64,000 bases of DNA from a virus (IMGVR_UViG_3300033485_000008:1861-65860), one strand, 5' to 3'; shown: positions 1-10,093, counted from the first letter of the stretch. Numbers and translations are program-made. The notes: generated by a model from the letters alone, not told the origin.

Positions 1-3000
1 TTTCCGGTTGCTGGTATCAACGTCTCTCCGGGGACGATTGCGGGAACGATGGCTCGTGCGGGAATCGAGTATGCGCCTGCTGCTGCTGCGGCGGCAGTGA
101 CGGAGGGTGCTCTCGGCTTGCCGGCCATTGCAGGCAAGGCTGGTGCTCTCGCACGAGCACTCAACCTGGGCACGATGTTCGGCCTTCAAGATGCGGGGAT
201 GCAGAAGCTGAAGCAGGCGGCTCAGGAGTCACCCGCTCCGGTGAGCTTCGCGCCCGGGGAGCCAGCGCAGCCTCGTAAAGAAGGTTGGAAGTGGAATCCA
301 GAAACGAGTCGATACGACTGGCAGTCCAATATCGGGCCTGCCGAGCCTGACATCGAGTTTCCGATCAAGAGTGAGCATCCGACTCAAGACGTCATCGCAG
401 CCGGGTTGACCGGAATGACAGCGGGTGCCGCAGGACAGCTTCTATTCGGGGAGGCCATTCCCGCCGTGTTCCGAAGGGCGTTGGCACCTTTCAGGAAGGC
501 AGCGCCTGAAGTGGGCAGCGAGATGGCTCCTGAGCTGGCTGCTAGTGTGCAGACTCCAGTCAAGCCATCGGCTACCGAAGCTCACCCGGGCAGCTCGCAG
601 GGTGTCTTGCAGCGGTTGGGTCAGCGACTTGGGATCGGAAGGCGGGAAGAGCCGGCCTTCGCGGGACTGAAATACAACCCTCAAACCAAAGCTTGGGAGC
701 AGGCTGGGAGGCCGCCAGCAGAGCCACTGGCGGCACCTACACCTCCGACCGAGCCGGCTCCGCTAGGACCGGCTGAGCCCCTAGCTGGAGCTGTTCCACC
801 AGAGCCGGAACTCCGGTACGACTTCGCCACGAAGACGTGGGTTCGTGGTGAGGCTCCTCCGGGGCCTGCGCCCGAGCCGATCAGGGGTCCACTTCCCCCC
901 GAGCCCGAGATTCCGGCAGGACCAGCCGAGCCCCTGGCGGCTCCTAGTCCGGAAGATGCCTTTTGGGGACGGACCCTGCGTGTCGGGGGCCGAGGTCCCG
1001 GGAGGACTGAGTACCTTTCAGACTTCAGGGGCCGGTTCCCAAGGCACAGGGTCCGGGAAGTCGAGTCGAGGCCGTTCCCACCTGAGCCGGTACCGACTCC
1101 TACCGGGCCTCCGGCAGAACCTGGGTTGCCTCCTCCGATAGAGCCAGGACGCGAGCCTCTTTACAGTGCTCTCTACAGAGCTGCTGGGGCAACGCCGGAG
1201 GAGCCACGGGGTATGCGAGTACCCCCAGTCGGACCCGCCTCTGCCTTGCAACGTCCGTTGGAGCCCATCGTAGAGGTGCCTCCTCCAGTCACCCCACCTG
1301 AGGGACTTGAAGGTCCGAGCTTCGGTGCTCAGTATGAGATCCCGAGCCTTCAAGCCATTTCCCGGGCGCGTCGATACCGTCCGGGCGGATTGCCGGCTGC
1401 GGCATTCGAGCCCGGAGTCTTACCTACAACCCGCCCTAGAGCGCCGCTTCGGTCACTGACGCAGGCCGAAGCGGCTGCAAGGGCCGGCGTCGAACCCGAA
1501 GTGGTGCCACCCCCGGAGGTCGTTCCGGAACCTACGCCCGAGGTACTGCCCAAGATCGAGCCCGAGACTCCGCTACCACCTGACCTGGTGGCTACTCCAC
1601 CTGAGGAGGTCGGTATCCCTCCTCCAGCACCGGGACATAAGCCTCCCGCAGCCCCGCCGCCGAAGGCTGAAGCTCCACCACGGGAGCCTGGCCTAGCGCC
1701 TCCTGAGGAGTACCCTACCGAGAAGGACAAGCTGAACTTCGAGCAGTATTTCCTGAGTCAGAAGCCTGAGTATGGCGGAGTGTACGACCCGAAGCTGGCG
1801 AAGGCCGATCCCGACTACGAGACCATTCTCTCGGACTTCCGGGGTGAGTACCTTCCGGTACCCAAGACGAAGGTTCAAGAACTCAAGCAAGCCATTGCCG
1901 ACAACGAGTACACGGTACAGACCGGCAGGAACCGCATGGGCATCCAGTTGCCGGCACAGGCACGGGAATCCGCACAGCGATGGGCCGGCGAGCTGAGGGA
2001 GCGTCTTGCAAAGTTGCAAGCCACGGAAAGGGCGCTCAAGGCGAAGGTGCCTCCAGGGGTACCCACACAGGAAGGTGGCCGCCCGTACTTCGTCACCGAG
2101 GCGATCCGGAAGTATCGTGCCAGCCAGAAGGATAAGGACATCACGGACTTCTGGTTCTGGAGGACTCAGGGGGATCGGAAGCAGAAGTTCGAGGACTTCC
2201 TCGTGCAGAGCAAGGACCCGCTCGCTTCGGAGGCTGGGTCTCCACAGTCCCGGTTCACTGCGTATGTGAAGCGAGAAGCTGCCAAGACTCCTACAGAGGC
2301 TCCTCCAACCGAAGCGCCGACAGCCCCCAGCATCAAGTTGGGAACGACCCCGGAGAATCCGATTGCGACGGTGGACGAACTGCTCAACGAGGTGGGTCGT
2401 GTTGGTGGCCCGAGCCCGGCAGAGAGTTACAAGGGTGCAGCCGATGTCGTTCACACCGCGAGCCCGGAAGGAGATCCGAACCTTGAGTGGGGCACCCTGT
2501 CCTCTCCGGCTGGAAAGAAGGTCAAGGGTGCGTGGGCGAGTGTTCACGTACCGGCTCTGGGCAAGCGTGTGGTCTGGGATCCTCAGTCGTATCGCTGGAT
2601 TGCTGAGGATGCGTTCCTGAAGGGTCGTAACGTCAGCGTCGAGAGGATGTTCTTGAAGGCGGAAGTGGATGACTTCTACAAGGTGGCGGGTGAGGCACCG
2701 ACACCACGCCTGCTGACAACCTTCCGACGTCCGGAACCCACGGCGGAACCTAAAGAAGCCAGCGAGTGGCTGACGGAAGGTGCCAAAGGCGCTTATTCCG
2801 TTGGTGACGAGACTCAGATCGGCATAGCCGGGGAGAGGAATCCTCAGCGGGGGAGGTGGGAGCTGGTCGATGTGGCCGATCCGATAGCGTCCCACGATTT
2901 AGACTTTCGTCCCAATCCTGCCTTTCCGAAGGCGTTGCAGCGCCGTAATCGCGACCGGGTAGCGTCCAAGCAGCAGGTCATGGACCTGTCGAGAGAGGAT

Positions 3001-6000
3001 CGGTTCGACCCGATGCAGCTTGGACACGCTCCAACTGGTGACGTTGGAGCTCCGGTGCTTGGACCGGACGACCTAGTGGAGTCAGGCAACGGACGGACCC
3101 TCGTGTTGCGGAATATCGTCGGCAAGCCGCAGATGACGGCCTATCAGGAATGGCTGACCTTGAACGCTCGCACCTTCGGGCTCGACCCTGCCGTAGTGCA
3201 GAAGATGATTGCGGAGGGTCAGGTCCCGATCCTCATTCGTCGTCGTTTCGGAAAGCTGTCCATGAAGGAGCGGGCAGAACTGGTTGCCAAGTGGAACGTC
3301 TCTTCGGTTGCGGAGATGAGCGAGACCGAGTTGGCAATGGACGATGCGGCCAGGATGACCCCGGAGCTGGTCGGGTTGGTCCAGTCGGTAGAGACTGGGG
3401 ATCCCATCGAGGCGGCCAGCAACGCTCCGTTCCTGACGGCATTCGAGGACCGTATCGTCAGCACTTCCCAGGTAGGCCGTTTCAAGGATGCTAAGGGGAA
3501 GATCTCCGCTGCCGGGATGCGCCGGGCAAGGACCGCGCTATTCGCATACGTGTATGGAGGTGCCGATCCGGAGCGCACGGCTCTGCTGGCCCGCATGGCG
3601 GAATCCACGAACAACGAGATCAAGAACATCACGAACGCTCTCACGATGGCAGCTCCGAAGTTCGCACGTCTGCGGGCAGACGTTGCCAAAGGGGAGCTGT
3701 ACGAGGCGGCTGATCTGGGCAATGAGCTGGCGCGAGCTGCTGCCACGTATGCCAACATCAAGCAGACCCCGGGAGCGTCGATTGAAGGGTGGCTGAAGCA
3801 CGAGGATCTGGTCAGGCCGATCTCCGACGTTGACCGGCTCCTGGTGCGAATGTTCTCCGACAACTCGAAGAAGCCGAAGACTATCGCTGACATACTGAAT
3901 CAGTATTCCAGGGTGGCTGAGGAAGCTGGGCACCCGGGCCAGGGGAATATGTTCGGTGCCGGTGGCAATCCGGACAAGGCCAATATGCTGCGTACCGCAA
4001 TCGACCTGAGCAACAACGGTGGGGACGCTGCTGAGGTTGCTGCGTCGAACGAGGCGGTGGGTAGTCAGAAGCTCACCGACGACAGCGTGGCTCAGCTAGA
4101 GGCACGGAGCAAGGCCGAGAAGGCTGGTGGGCAGTTCGGAGCTGCTGACCTTACCGAGGCGGAGGCAAACCTGCTCAAGCCGGAACGGAAGGGCAGGAAG
4201 GGAAAGGTCATCACGAAGAAGGAGCCGAAGGGCGGCACCGTGGCGATCCCCAGGACGCCTGATGAGCTGAAGGCTGTTGCTCAGGCGCTGGCTCACGAAG
4301 CCGGCATCAAGTTCGATCCGGTGGTTTTCGATGAGGCAACAAGTGACATCCCGCGCTGGCTGTGGAAGTTCCTGGGACCGGACTTTCTGACGCGCCGGAG
4401 CGAGCACCAGTTCTGGTTCAACATCTTCCGGATGTACCAGAAGGCTACCGACAAGGGCACGCGGCTCAGGCGTATGTTCCTGACCCAGAGTGGCAGGGTG
4501 CCGTTCTGGGGGCGTACCCCGCAACCTCCGAAGGAACTGGCTGCTGCGTGGAGGAAACTGTCTCCGAAGCTGGTCGATGTCGAGGAGGCTGCTGGAGCTG
4601 CCCTCCGACGAGACAAGGTGCTCGATGCGATGCGGGGACTGATTACTCGCGATCAGCTCCGGGCACAGGCTGGTCGCGACGGTGTGGCCGCATACGACCT
4701 GTTCCAGAGAGTGCCGAAGGCAACACGTCAAGGTGTCCTCAAGACGCTCATGCGGCCTGAGATACCGGAAGGGTTCATTCCCGTCTGGCGCAGGGTTCCG
4801 TGGGGGGAGCGGGAGAAGGTGATCGAAGCCTTGTCGGAAGCTGACACCCTGGAGAGCCTGGCGGAGCGCAGCCACACCGTGGCGGAACTCCGTGAGATGG
4901 GCCTGAGTGACGCCGGCATCGTCGCCTACCGGAGAACCCAGGAGCTGCTGAGCGAGGCCCTGCGGACTGTGATCAACCCGTTGCGGAAGAGGCTCGGGAT
5001 GAAGCCTCTCGTGGGCCGTAAGAACTACCTGCCCCACAAGTGGCTTGGCAACTGGGAGATTCGGGAGCTGAAGCTGACGGTGCCGAAGCCGAAGCCTGGA
5101 GCCCCGCAGGGTAAGCTGTTCGAGCCGTCTCCTCCTGGTGGCGAGCCAGCTCCGGAGTGGACTGTTGGTCGTGCAGTCATGACCGAAGACGGCATGACGT
5201 TCGACACGGAGCATGAGGCGCTAGTTGCCGCGTACAAACTCGTACAGGCTGACCCGAATGCACGATTCAAGATCGTGCCGTCCTTCTATGCTCGGGCTGT
5301 GATGGAGGAACTGCCGGATACGGTACACGCCCGGGCTCTTGGGATAATGCTCAAGCGGCTTGGCAAGATAATGGAGATCTCAGACTCCGAGATACGGGAA
5401 GCCTCGAAGGCTGGGGTGCAGCCTCGTGGGTTCCCTGCCCACTTCGAGCGCCGTCTGGGGGCGAAGGGTTACAACAAGCGGGAGATGGCTCAGGTCATCG
5501 AGAATTACCTGGGGCAGTTGAGCCGGTACGCTCCTATGAGAGAGGCCCGGGAAGCCGCTCATCTCCTGCTGGAGTCCCCGGAAGGCATCGCTCTCCGGAA
5601 CAAACAGCCTGAAATAGCGGCGGCGATGGATCGCTATATCCGGTCATTGCACGGGGGTCAGACGGAGGCGGAGCGGGTGGTGGACTCGTTGCTCAAGAGC
5701 GTTCCCCTCCTCAAGAGTCGTCTTGGTATGCGACCCACCCGGGAGGTTAGCAGTGCCGTTAGGCAGGCGGTCTCCCAGATCAAGTTGGGCCTGTTCAGCA
5801 CGGCCTACATGATCACGAACCTGACCCAGTTCGTGACACACGCCGGGCCTGTCCTGGGGCCGACGTATGCCGCTCGCGGTGCGAAGATGTATATGCGGGC
5901 CATCTTCAACCCGAACGGTCCCGAAGGTCGGTTGCTGTCCCACCTGTCCCGCCGTGGCCTGATCGAGCCGATGTTCCTGAGTGGCGAGGCTCCAACCAGG

Positions 6001-7392
6001 GGCCTCAAGGTCGGTCGCACGCAGGCGGTAGGGAAGGCGATGGACGTCGGGACCTGGCTACTCGACCAGGCGTTCTTTGGCACCAAGGCAGAGCACTTCA
6101 ACCGGGGTGCCACGTTGCTGGGAGCGTTCGCCCGGCTTGTCGAGAGAGGGTTCAAGGCACCAAGCGAAGCGGTGGGGAAGGTCAGCCCGGCACAGGCGAA
6201 GATCCTCCAGGCGCTAGAGGCTCGCCTGCGGTCGATGGGCCTGAAGCCTGGCAAGGCGGTCGGTAACGACCGGCTGGCACTCATGGCAAGCGACCTGAAG
6301 CAGTCGGAGTGGGAGTGGATCCGGTCCACCGCGAACGGGGACAAGATCAACCACGACGTCATGCAGGCCATGATGGAAGCCATCAACAACAAGGTAAACT
6401 TCCAGTACCAGCGTGGTGCCAGGCCGGAGCTGATCCGTGGTCCGTTCGTGGAGCTGGCGAACCAGTTCCGGATGTTCAACGTGGGCACGATGCAGCTCTG
6501 GAAGAACCTCGCGGAATACGGTGCTCATCAAGGTGGCCTCAAGGGGTACGCACCTCTGGCTGGACATCTTGGTACGGTATTCGCACTTTCGGGAATCCTG
6601 GGGTTCCCGTTCTTCCGGCTGTTCGACTCCATCGTGCGTAACCTCAGCGGCCAGAAGCTTTCCCCGATGGACTACTTGCTCACTCAAGACATTCCCCAAT
6701 CCGTGGTCCGGGGCAGTCCCGCCCTGCTGGGAATCGACGCAAGCCGGCGACTGGGCTACGGAGACATCTCTCCGGAGGAAGTGTCAGACCTAGCAGGTCC
6801 AGCCATGAACACCGTGGCTGACATCCTGGGGGACATGGTTCGGCTCGACCTGGATATGGCTGCGAGAGAGCTGGCGGTTGGTCCTGGCAATCTGTATGCG
6901 GCCTGGAGGAGCTGGCGGGACCACAGCGTGCGGGAGAGGAGCACCCGGGCTCGGACCCGGTACATACCCACGGAGTCGGAGCTGCTTGCCAGGGCCATCG
7001 GCTTCAGGCCGATGTTCGAGTCGCGGTGGGCAGATGAAGTCCGGATGCAACGCCGCAAGGAGACAAGGCTCAAGTGGGATCGCTCCACGGCGATAGACGA
7101 GGCGATCCGTCTCGTTGACGAGTACGAGGGGGCGGAGAGGGCGGATCACTTACGAGCCTTCTTCAAGGAGCTGCACGACCAGAAGATCCCGGTGACCATG
7201 AAGGAGGTCATGCAGGAGCGGGGTCGGAAGAGGGTTCCCCAGGCCCTTCGTCAGGTTCCCCTGATACCGAAGGCGCTTCGGAGGGAGTACCTGGAGCGGG
7301 CTCGTCCCATCATGGAGCAGCAGCGGCAGCAGTACCGCCAGGTCGAGGCTTTGAGGAGGGCTCAGCAGTTCGGAGCGGAGCCTCGGCCATGA
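1..7392 (+). CDS. Large polyvalent virion/ejection-type protein (5'-truncated) with ddrB-like ParB domain and helical C-terminal region
   Basis: Frame 1 is open from base 1 (track ATG at 49). Pro/Glu/Ala-rich N-terminus. ddrB-ParB-like motifs WELVDVADPIASHD..NPAFPKALQRRNR..GAPVLGPDDLVESGNGR at about 2820-3100. C-terminal region resembles LPD38-like domains of large phage polyvalent proteins. Confidence 0.8.
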   Translation, partial: FPVAGINVSPGTIAGTMARAGIEYAPAAAAAAVTEGALGLPAIAGKAGALARALNLGTMFGLQDAGMQKLKQAAQESPAPVSFAPGEPAQPRKEGWKWNPETSRYDWQSNIGPAEPDIEFPIKSEHPTQDVIAAGLTGMTAGAAGQLLFGEAIPAVFRRALAPFRKAAPEVGSEMAPELAASVQTPVKPSATEAHPGSSQGVLQRLGQRLGIGRREEPAFAGLKYNPQTKAWEQAGRPPAEPLAAPTPPTEPAPLGPAEPLAGAVPPEPELRYDFATKTWVRGEAPPGPAPEPIRGPLPPEPEIPAGPAEPLAAPSPEDAFWGRTLRVGGRGPGRTEYLSDFRGRFPRHRVREVESRPFPPEPVPTPTGPPAEPGLPPPIEPGREPLYSALYRAAGATPEEPRGMRVPPVGPASALQRPLEPIVEVPPPVTPPEGLEGPSFGAQYEIPSLQAISRARRYRPGGLPAAAFEPGVLPTTRPRAPLRSLTQAEAAARAGVEPEVVPPPEVVPEPTPEVLPKIEPETPLPPDLVATPPEEVGIPPPAPGHKPPAAPPPKAEAPPREPGLAPPEEYPTEKDKLNFEQYFLSQKPEYGGVYDPKLAKADPDYETILSDFRGEYLPVPKTKVQELKQAIADNEYTVQTGRNRMGIQLPAQARESAQRWAGELRERLAKLQATERALKAKVPPGVPTQEGGRPYFVTEAIRKYRASQKDKDITDFWFWRTQGDRKQKFEDFLVQSKDPLASEAGSPQSRFTAYVKREAAKTPTEAPPTEAPTAPSIKLGTTPENPIATVDELLNEVGRVGGPSPAESYKGAADVVHTASPEGDPNLEWGTLSSPAGKKVKGAWASVHVPALGKRVVWDPQSYRWIAEDAFLKGRNVSVERMFLKAEVDDFYKVAGEAPTPRLLTTFRRPEPTAEPKEASEWLTEGAKGAYSVGDETQIGIAGERNPQRGRWELVDVADPIASHDLDFRPNPAFPKALQRRNRDRVASKQQVMDLSREDRFDPMQLGHAPTGDVGAPVLGPDDLVESGNGRTLVLRNIVGKPQMTAYQEWLTLNARTFGLDPAVVQKMIAEGQVPILIRRRFGKLSMKERAELVAKWNVSSVAEMSETELAMDDAARMTPELVGLVQSVETGDPIEAASNAPFLTAFEDRIVSTSQVGRFKDAKGKISAAGMRRARTALFAYVYGGADPERTALLARMAESTNNEIKNITNALTMAAPKFARLRADVAKGELYEAADLGNELARAAATYANIKQTPGASIEGWLKHEDLVRPISDVDRLLVRMFSDNSKKPKTIADILNQYSRVAEEAGHPGQGNMFGAGGNPDKANMLRTAIDLSNNGGDAAEVAASNEAVGSQKLTDDSVAQLEARSKAEKAGGQFGAADLTEAEANLLKPERKGRKGKVITKKEPKGGTVAIPRTPDELKAVAQALAHEAGIKFDPVVFDEATSDIPRWLWKFLGPDFLTRRSEHQFWFNIFRMYQKATDKGTRLRRMFLTQSGRVPFWGRTPQPPKELAAAWRKLSPKLVDVEEAAGAALRRDKVLDAMRGLITRDQLRAQAGRDGVAAYDLFQRVPKATRQGVLKTLMRPEIPEGFIPVWRRVPWGEREKVIEALSEADTLESLAERSHTVAELREMGLSDAGIVAYRRTQELLSEALRTVINPLRKRLGMKPLVGRKNYLPHKWLGNWEIRELKLTVPKPKPGAPQGKLFEPSPPGGEPAPEWTVGRAVMTEDGMTFDTEHEALVAAYKLVQADPNARFKIVPSFYARAVMEELPDTVHARALGIMLKRLGKIMEISDSEIREASKAGVQPRGFPAHFERRLGAKGYNKREMAQVIENYLGQLSRYAPMREAREAAHLLLESPEGIALRNKQPEIAAAMDRYIRSLHGGQTEAERVVDSLLKSVPLLKSRLGMRPTREVSSAVRQAVSQIKLGLFSTAYMITNLTQFVTHAGPVLGPTYAARGAKMYMRAIFNPNGPEGRLLSHLSRRGLIEPMFLSGEAPTRGLKVGRTQAVGKAMDVGTWLLDQAFFGTKAEHFNRGATLLGAFARLVERGFKAPSEAVGKVSPAQAKILQALEARLRSMGLKPGKAVGNDRLALMASDLKQSEWEWIRSTANGDKINHDVMQAMMEAINNKVNFQYQRGARPELIRGPFVELANQFRMFNVGTMQLWKNLAEYGAHQGGLKGYAPLAGHLGTVFALSGILGFPFFRLFDSIVRNLSGQKLSPMDYLLTQDIPQSVVRGSPALLGIDASRRLGYGDISPEEVSDLAGPAMNTVADILGDMVRLDLDMAARELAVGPGNLYAAWRSWRDHSVRERSTRARTRYIPTESELLARAIGFRPMFESRWADEVRMQRRKETRLKWDRSTAIDEAIRLVDEYEGAERADHLRAFFKELHDQKIPVTMKEVMQERGRKRVPQALRQVPLIPKALRREYLERARPIMEQQRQQYRQVEALRRAQQFGAEPRP

Positions 7393-7586
7393 TTCCCAGC
7401 TTCCTGAGGGATCGGTACGCCAAACTTTCGGAACGGTATCGAACTCGGGGATGGGATCCCCCCGAATTGCCTGGTAAAATCGAAGAAGCGGCGAATGTGA
7501 TCTACGAGATGGCTGGTCGGATCAACAACCGGGTGCCGTTGCGGGTGGTGGTGGACCCGGTACCGTCACGGCAGAAGGAGCAGTAG
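7389..7586 (+). CDS. Hypothetical protein (65 aa)
   Basis: ATGA overlap with the upstream stop; co-oriented. Confidence 0.6.
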   Translation: MIPSFLRDRYAKLSERYRTRGWDPPELPGKIEEAANVIYEMAGRINNRVPLRVVVDPVPSRQKEQ

Positions 7587-7963
7587 TGTCATCGGTCACC
7601 GCCACGGCCTTTGCTCTGGTTGGGGAGGAGGGGATCTTCCTCGATCCAGTGGTCATGAGGAAGAACGGCACCAAGCACTACGCCAGTCTGGGGGCGTTCC
7701 TCGATCCTCCGGCCTCCGGGGTGATCGAGGCGAAGCTCGCCTACCAGTATAACGATCTTCACCTGGACGAGCTGGCTGGAAGCTCGATTGTCCAGGCGGC
7801 AAGGAGCGCAAGCGACCATCCGTACCGCAAGGAGATCAGTGTCCCGGTTGAGGTGACCAAGTACGTGAACCGTCCGGAGCCTTTTGTCCTGCGGGTCGTC
7901 GCGAGAGTCACGTCGGGGACGGGTCACATCGTCCTGCCGACGATCAGCGTCGAGTCGAAATGA
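7586..7963 (+). CDS. Hypothetical protein (125 aa, beta-rich)
   Basis: Start overlaps the upstream stop; natural amino-acid composition. Confidence 0.65.
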   Translation: MSSVTATAFALVGEEGIFLDPVVMRKNGTKHYASLGAFLDPPASGVIEAKLAYQYNDLHLDELAGSSIVQAARSASDHPYRKEISVPVEVTKYVNRPEPFVLRVVARVTSGTGHIVLPTISVESK

Positions 7964-8011
7964 GCACTGGACTTGGCGCAGGAAGATGGCTGGGTGCTGG
8001 GGAAGGTGGGG

Positions 8012-8476
8012 ATGACAGGTGCCGAAATAACATTCAGGGAGTACGTCGAGCGTGCGTTGCAGGAGAGGGACCGCTTGTGCTGCGCGAAGATGAACGCTCA
8101 GGAGAGAGCTTTCGACCAGGCACTCATTGCCCTCAACAAGGCCGTGGACAAGGCCGAGGCGGCACAGCGCGAGTACAACGCACATGCCAACGAGTTCCGG
8201 GGGCAGCTCGACGATCAGGCCAAGCATCTCATGCCCCGCACCGAGACGATGGTCCTCATCAAGAACCTGGAGGACCGAATAGTTGCGCTGACTCTCAACA
8301 TGGACGCCAGGATGGAGGTGCTGCGTAACGACATTAGCGAATTGAGGGAGTTGCGTAGTGGGGTCGAGGGTCAGGGAACGGGTCGGGAAGCGTTGTGGAG
8401 TGGGATCCTGAGTGTGGTTGCCTTGCTGCTCTCGGTTGTCTCTGCGGTCGGGGTGGTACTGGCAATCGCGAAGTGA
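8012..8476 (+). CDS. Coiled-coil protein with C-terminal transmembrane helix (holin-associated type)
   Basis: Helical body followed by hydrophobic WSGILSVVALLLSVVSAVGVVLAIAK. ATG at 8012 preferred over track TTG at 7973. Confidence 0.7.
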   Translation: MTGAEITFREYVERALQERDRLCCAKMNAQERAFDQALIALNKAVDKAEAAQREYNAHANEFRGQLDDQAKHLMPRTETMVLIKNLEDRIVALTLNMDARMEVLRNDISELRELRSGVEGQGTGREALWSGILSVVALLLSVVSAVGVVLAIAK

Positions 8477-8489
8477 GGCTGGTGGAGCC

Positions 8490-8756
8490 ATGAACCCAGT
8501 GACGAGGTGGTTCGTTGGGAACAAGATCAAGTCGGTCGTTAAGGCCGAGAGGTTCACTGGGCACCGGACCCAGATCTGTGTTGGCATCTACCTTCTGGCC
8601 TTCTGCATTCAGTTCACGGCCTTGCAGTTCGGGGGAAGCGTGGAGCTGATCGACGCAATGGACTGGTTGAAAGAGCTTGCGCTTGGTCTGGGGGGTTTGG
8701 CCCTGGCAGCGAAGATAACGAGGAGTGGCCCGGAGGGGACACCGCAACCGAAGTGA
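8490..8756 (+). CDS. Putative holin-like membrane protein (2 TM)
   Basis: 88 aa, two hydrophobic segments, basic ends; GGAG SD before ATG 8490. Confidence 0.55.
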   Translation: MNPVTRWFVGNKIKSVVKAERFTGHRTQICVGIYLLAFCIQFTALQFGGSVELIDAMDWLKELALGLGGLALAAKITRSGPEGTPQPK

Positions 8757-8782
8757 GGGGGACCGTCATGGATGGAGCCACG

Positions 8783-9010
8783 ATGGGATTGGGGCAGCGT
8801 CACCAGCTCCGGCAGAAGATCGCAGGCGGCATGAACCGGCTGGAGAGGGTGAACACGAAGCTCGGACAGGCCCAGGCGGCAGGCAAGGCGGGTGCCGGCC
8901 TGGCGGCGAAGTCGGCTCGGGTGGAGCAAAGGGTGAACAACAGGATGAGCAGGCTGCAAGCGGGTGGCGGCAAGATCGGCACCCGATTCTACAACCGCTA
9001 TGGTCGGTAA
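8783..9010 (+). CDS. Small basic Arg/Gly/Ala-rich protein
   Basis: GGAG SD before ATG 8783; MGLGQRHQLRQK...FYNRYGR. Confidence 0.6.
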   Translation: MGLGQRHQLRQKIAGGMNRLERVNTKLGQAQAAGKAGAGLAAKSARVEQRVNNRMSRLQAGGGKIGTRFYNRYGR

Positions 9011-9164
9011 GACGCCCCGGGAGAAGGCTGCTGACCGGCTTCGAGCTCGAAGAGCTGGCCGGCAGCAGTCCCTTTCTCGATCTATCAAGCGAGCCCACGG
9101 CGGTCGCCAGGTGGCTCATGGTCTCGGCAAACTTGGGTCTCGCGTACTCTTCAGAAGAAAATAA
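9000..9164 (+). CDS. Small basic protein (54 aa)
   Basis: MVGKTPREKAADRLRARRAGR...VLFRRK; overlaps the upstream stop. Confidence 0.5.
   Translation: MVGKTPREKAADRLRARRAGRQQSLSRSIKRAHGGRQVAHGLGKLGSRVLFRRK
9021..9078 (+). other. Long imperfect hairpin with central 12-bp palindrome TTCGAGCTCGAA
   Basis: GAGAAGG-CTGCTG-A-CCGGC pairs with GCCGG-CAGCAG-TC-CCTTTCTC; palindrome at 9040-9051. Confidence 0.5.
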
Positions 9165-9205
9165 CTTGCAGCAAGTTTGACATTCCAAAAGCGTTGGAGT
9201 AGAAA
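9163..9205 (+). promoter_or_regulatory. Sigma70-type promoter with overlapping palindromic operator
   Basis: TTGACA (9177-9182)-N17-TAGAAA (9200-9205). AACTTGC-A-GCAAGTT palindrome at 9163-9177. AAGGAGG SD downstream. Confidence 0.75.
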
Positions 9206-9227
9206 CGGGGTCGGAAAGGAGGACCCC

Positions 9228-10091
9228 ATGCCAAAGCTTGAGGAATTGTTCGGTGAGCAGTGGTCTGCCGACGTAGCCAAAGAGGCAATGCCTGACGAGT
9301 TGCCTCAGGCCGATTCTCACGATCTTGTACCTACTCAGTCTGCGTTACCAACCTTTCTAGGTTTCGGTTCCAAGAGTTCGATCATTGGAGGCTTGGAGGA
9401 GTTCTCCCCGGCTCAGCTCCGGCTGGAACCTCCACGGCTCCGGATCATACACAAGAAGGAGAGGCGGGATCAGCTTGGGGAGCCTGGGCAGCTCCTGCTC
9501 GGTCAGAATGCTTGGGACGAACTGGACTGTGTGTTTGTCCGGGCTCATCCCGGGCGTGCCTACCCGGAAGGGAAGGGAAAGGATACGAGAATCTACTGCG
9601 CCTCCTCGAACAACCAGGTGCCTCATCCAAGTGTCGTGAGTCCGAAGGACACCGAATGCGCTCGTTGTGACTACGGCCAATGGATAACGGACGGTACTGG
9701 AGAAAGGCATGGGCCTAGCTGCAAGGAGTTCATTGCCTTGCTCGGGATAATCCCACCTGAGCTACGACCTTTCTGGTTCATCTGTCAGAGCACTGCCCAG
9801 AAGCCTGCTACGGAGTTTCTTTGCGAGGTTCAGAAGATACGGGAAGAGGGACTATCCCACATCTCCCAGCTCGCGGTGAGGATCACCACGGAGCCCAAGA
9901 GTAAAGGCGGGATCTCTTGGTACGTGCCAATCTTCTCGGTCACGGAACGGCTTCCTCGGGCGCTGTATCACGCTATCGCGATGGAGGCTAAGGGTCTGCA
10001 CTACCTGCCTCGCCTGGCGGTGATGGCCGATGATCTTGATGCGGCAGCGCCCGACAAGATCACTCCTCCAGAAGACGACCTTCCGTTCTGA
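9228..10091 (+). CDS. Putative phage single-stranded DNA-binding protein
   Basis: Strong SD. YCASSN..P..CARCDYGQW...GPSCK Zn-type motif. Acidic aromatic tail PPEDDLPF typical of SSBs. Confidence 0.6.
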   Translation: MPKLEELFGEQWSADVAKEAMPDELPQADSHDLVPTQSALPTFLGFGSKSSIIGGLEEFSPAQLRLEPPRLRIIHKKERRDQLGEPGQLLLGQNAWDELDCVFVRAHPGRAYPEGKGKDTRIYCASSNNQVPHPSVVSPKDTECARCDYGQWITDGTGERHGPSCKEFIALLGIIPPELRPFWFICQSTAQKPATEFLCEVQKIREEGLSHISQLAVRITTEPKSKGGISWYVPIFSVTERLPRALYHAIAMEAKGLHYLPRLAVMADDLDAAAPDKITPPEDDLPF

Positions 10092-10093
10092 GG

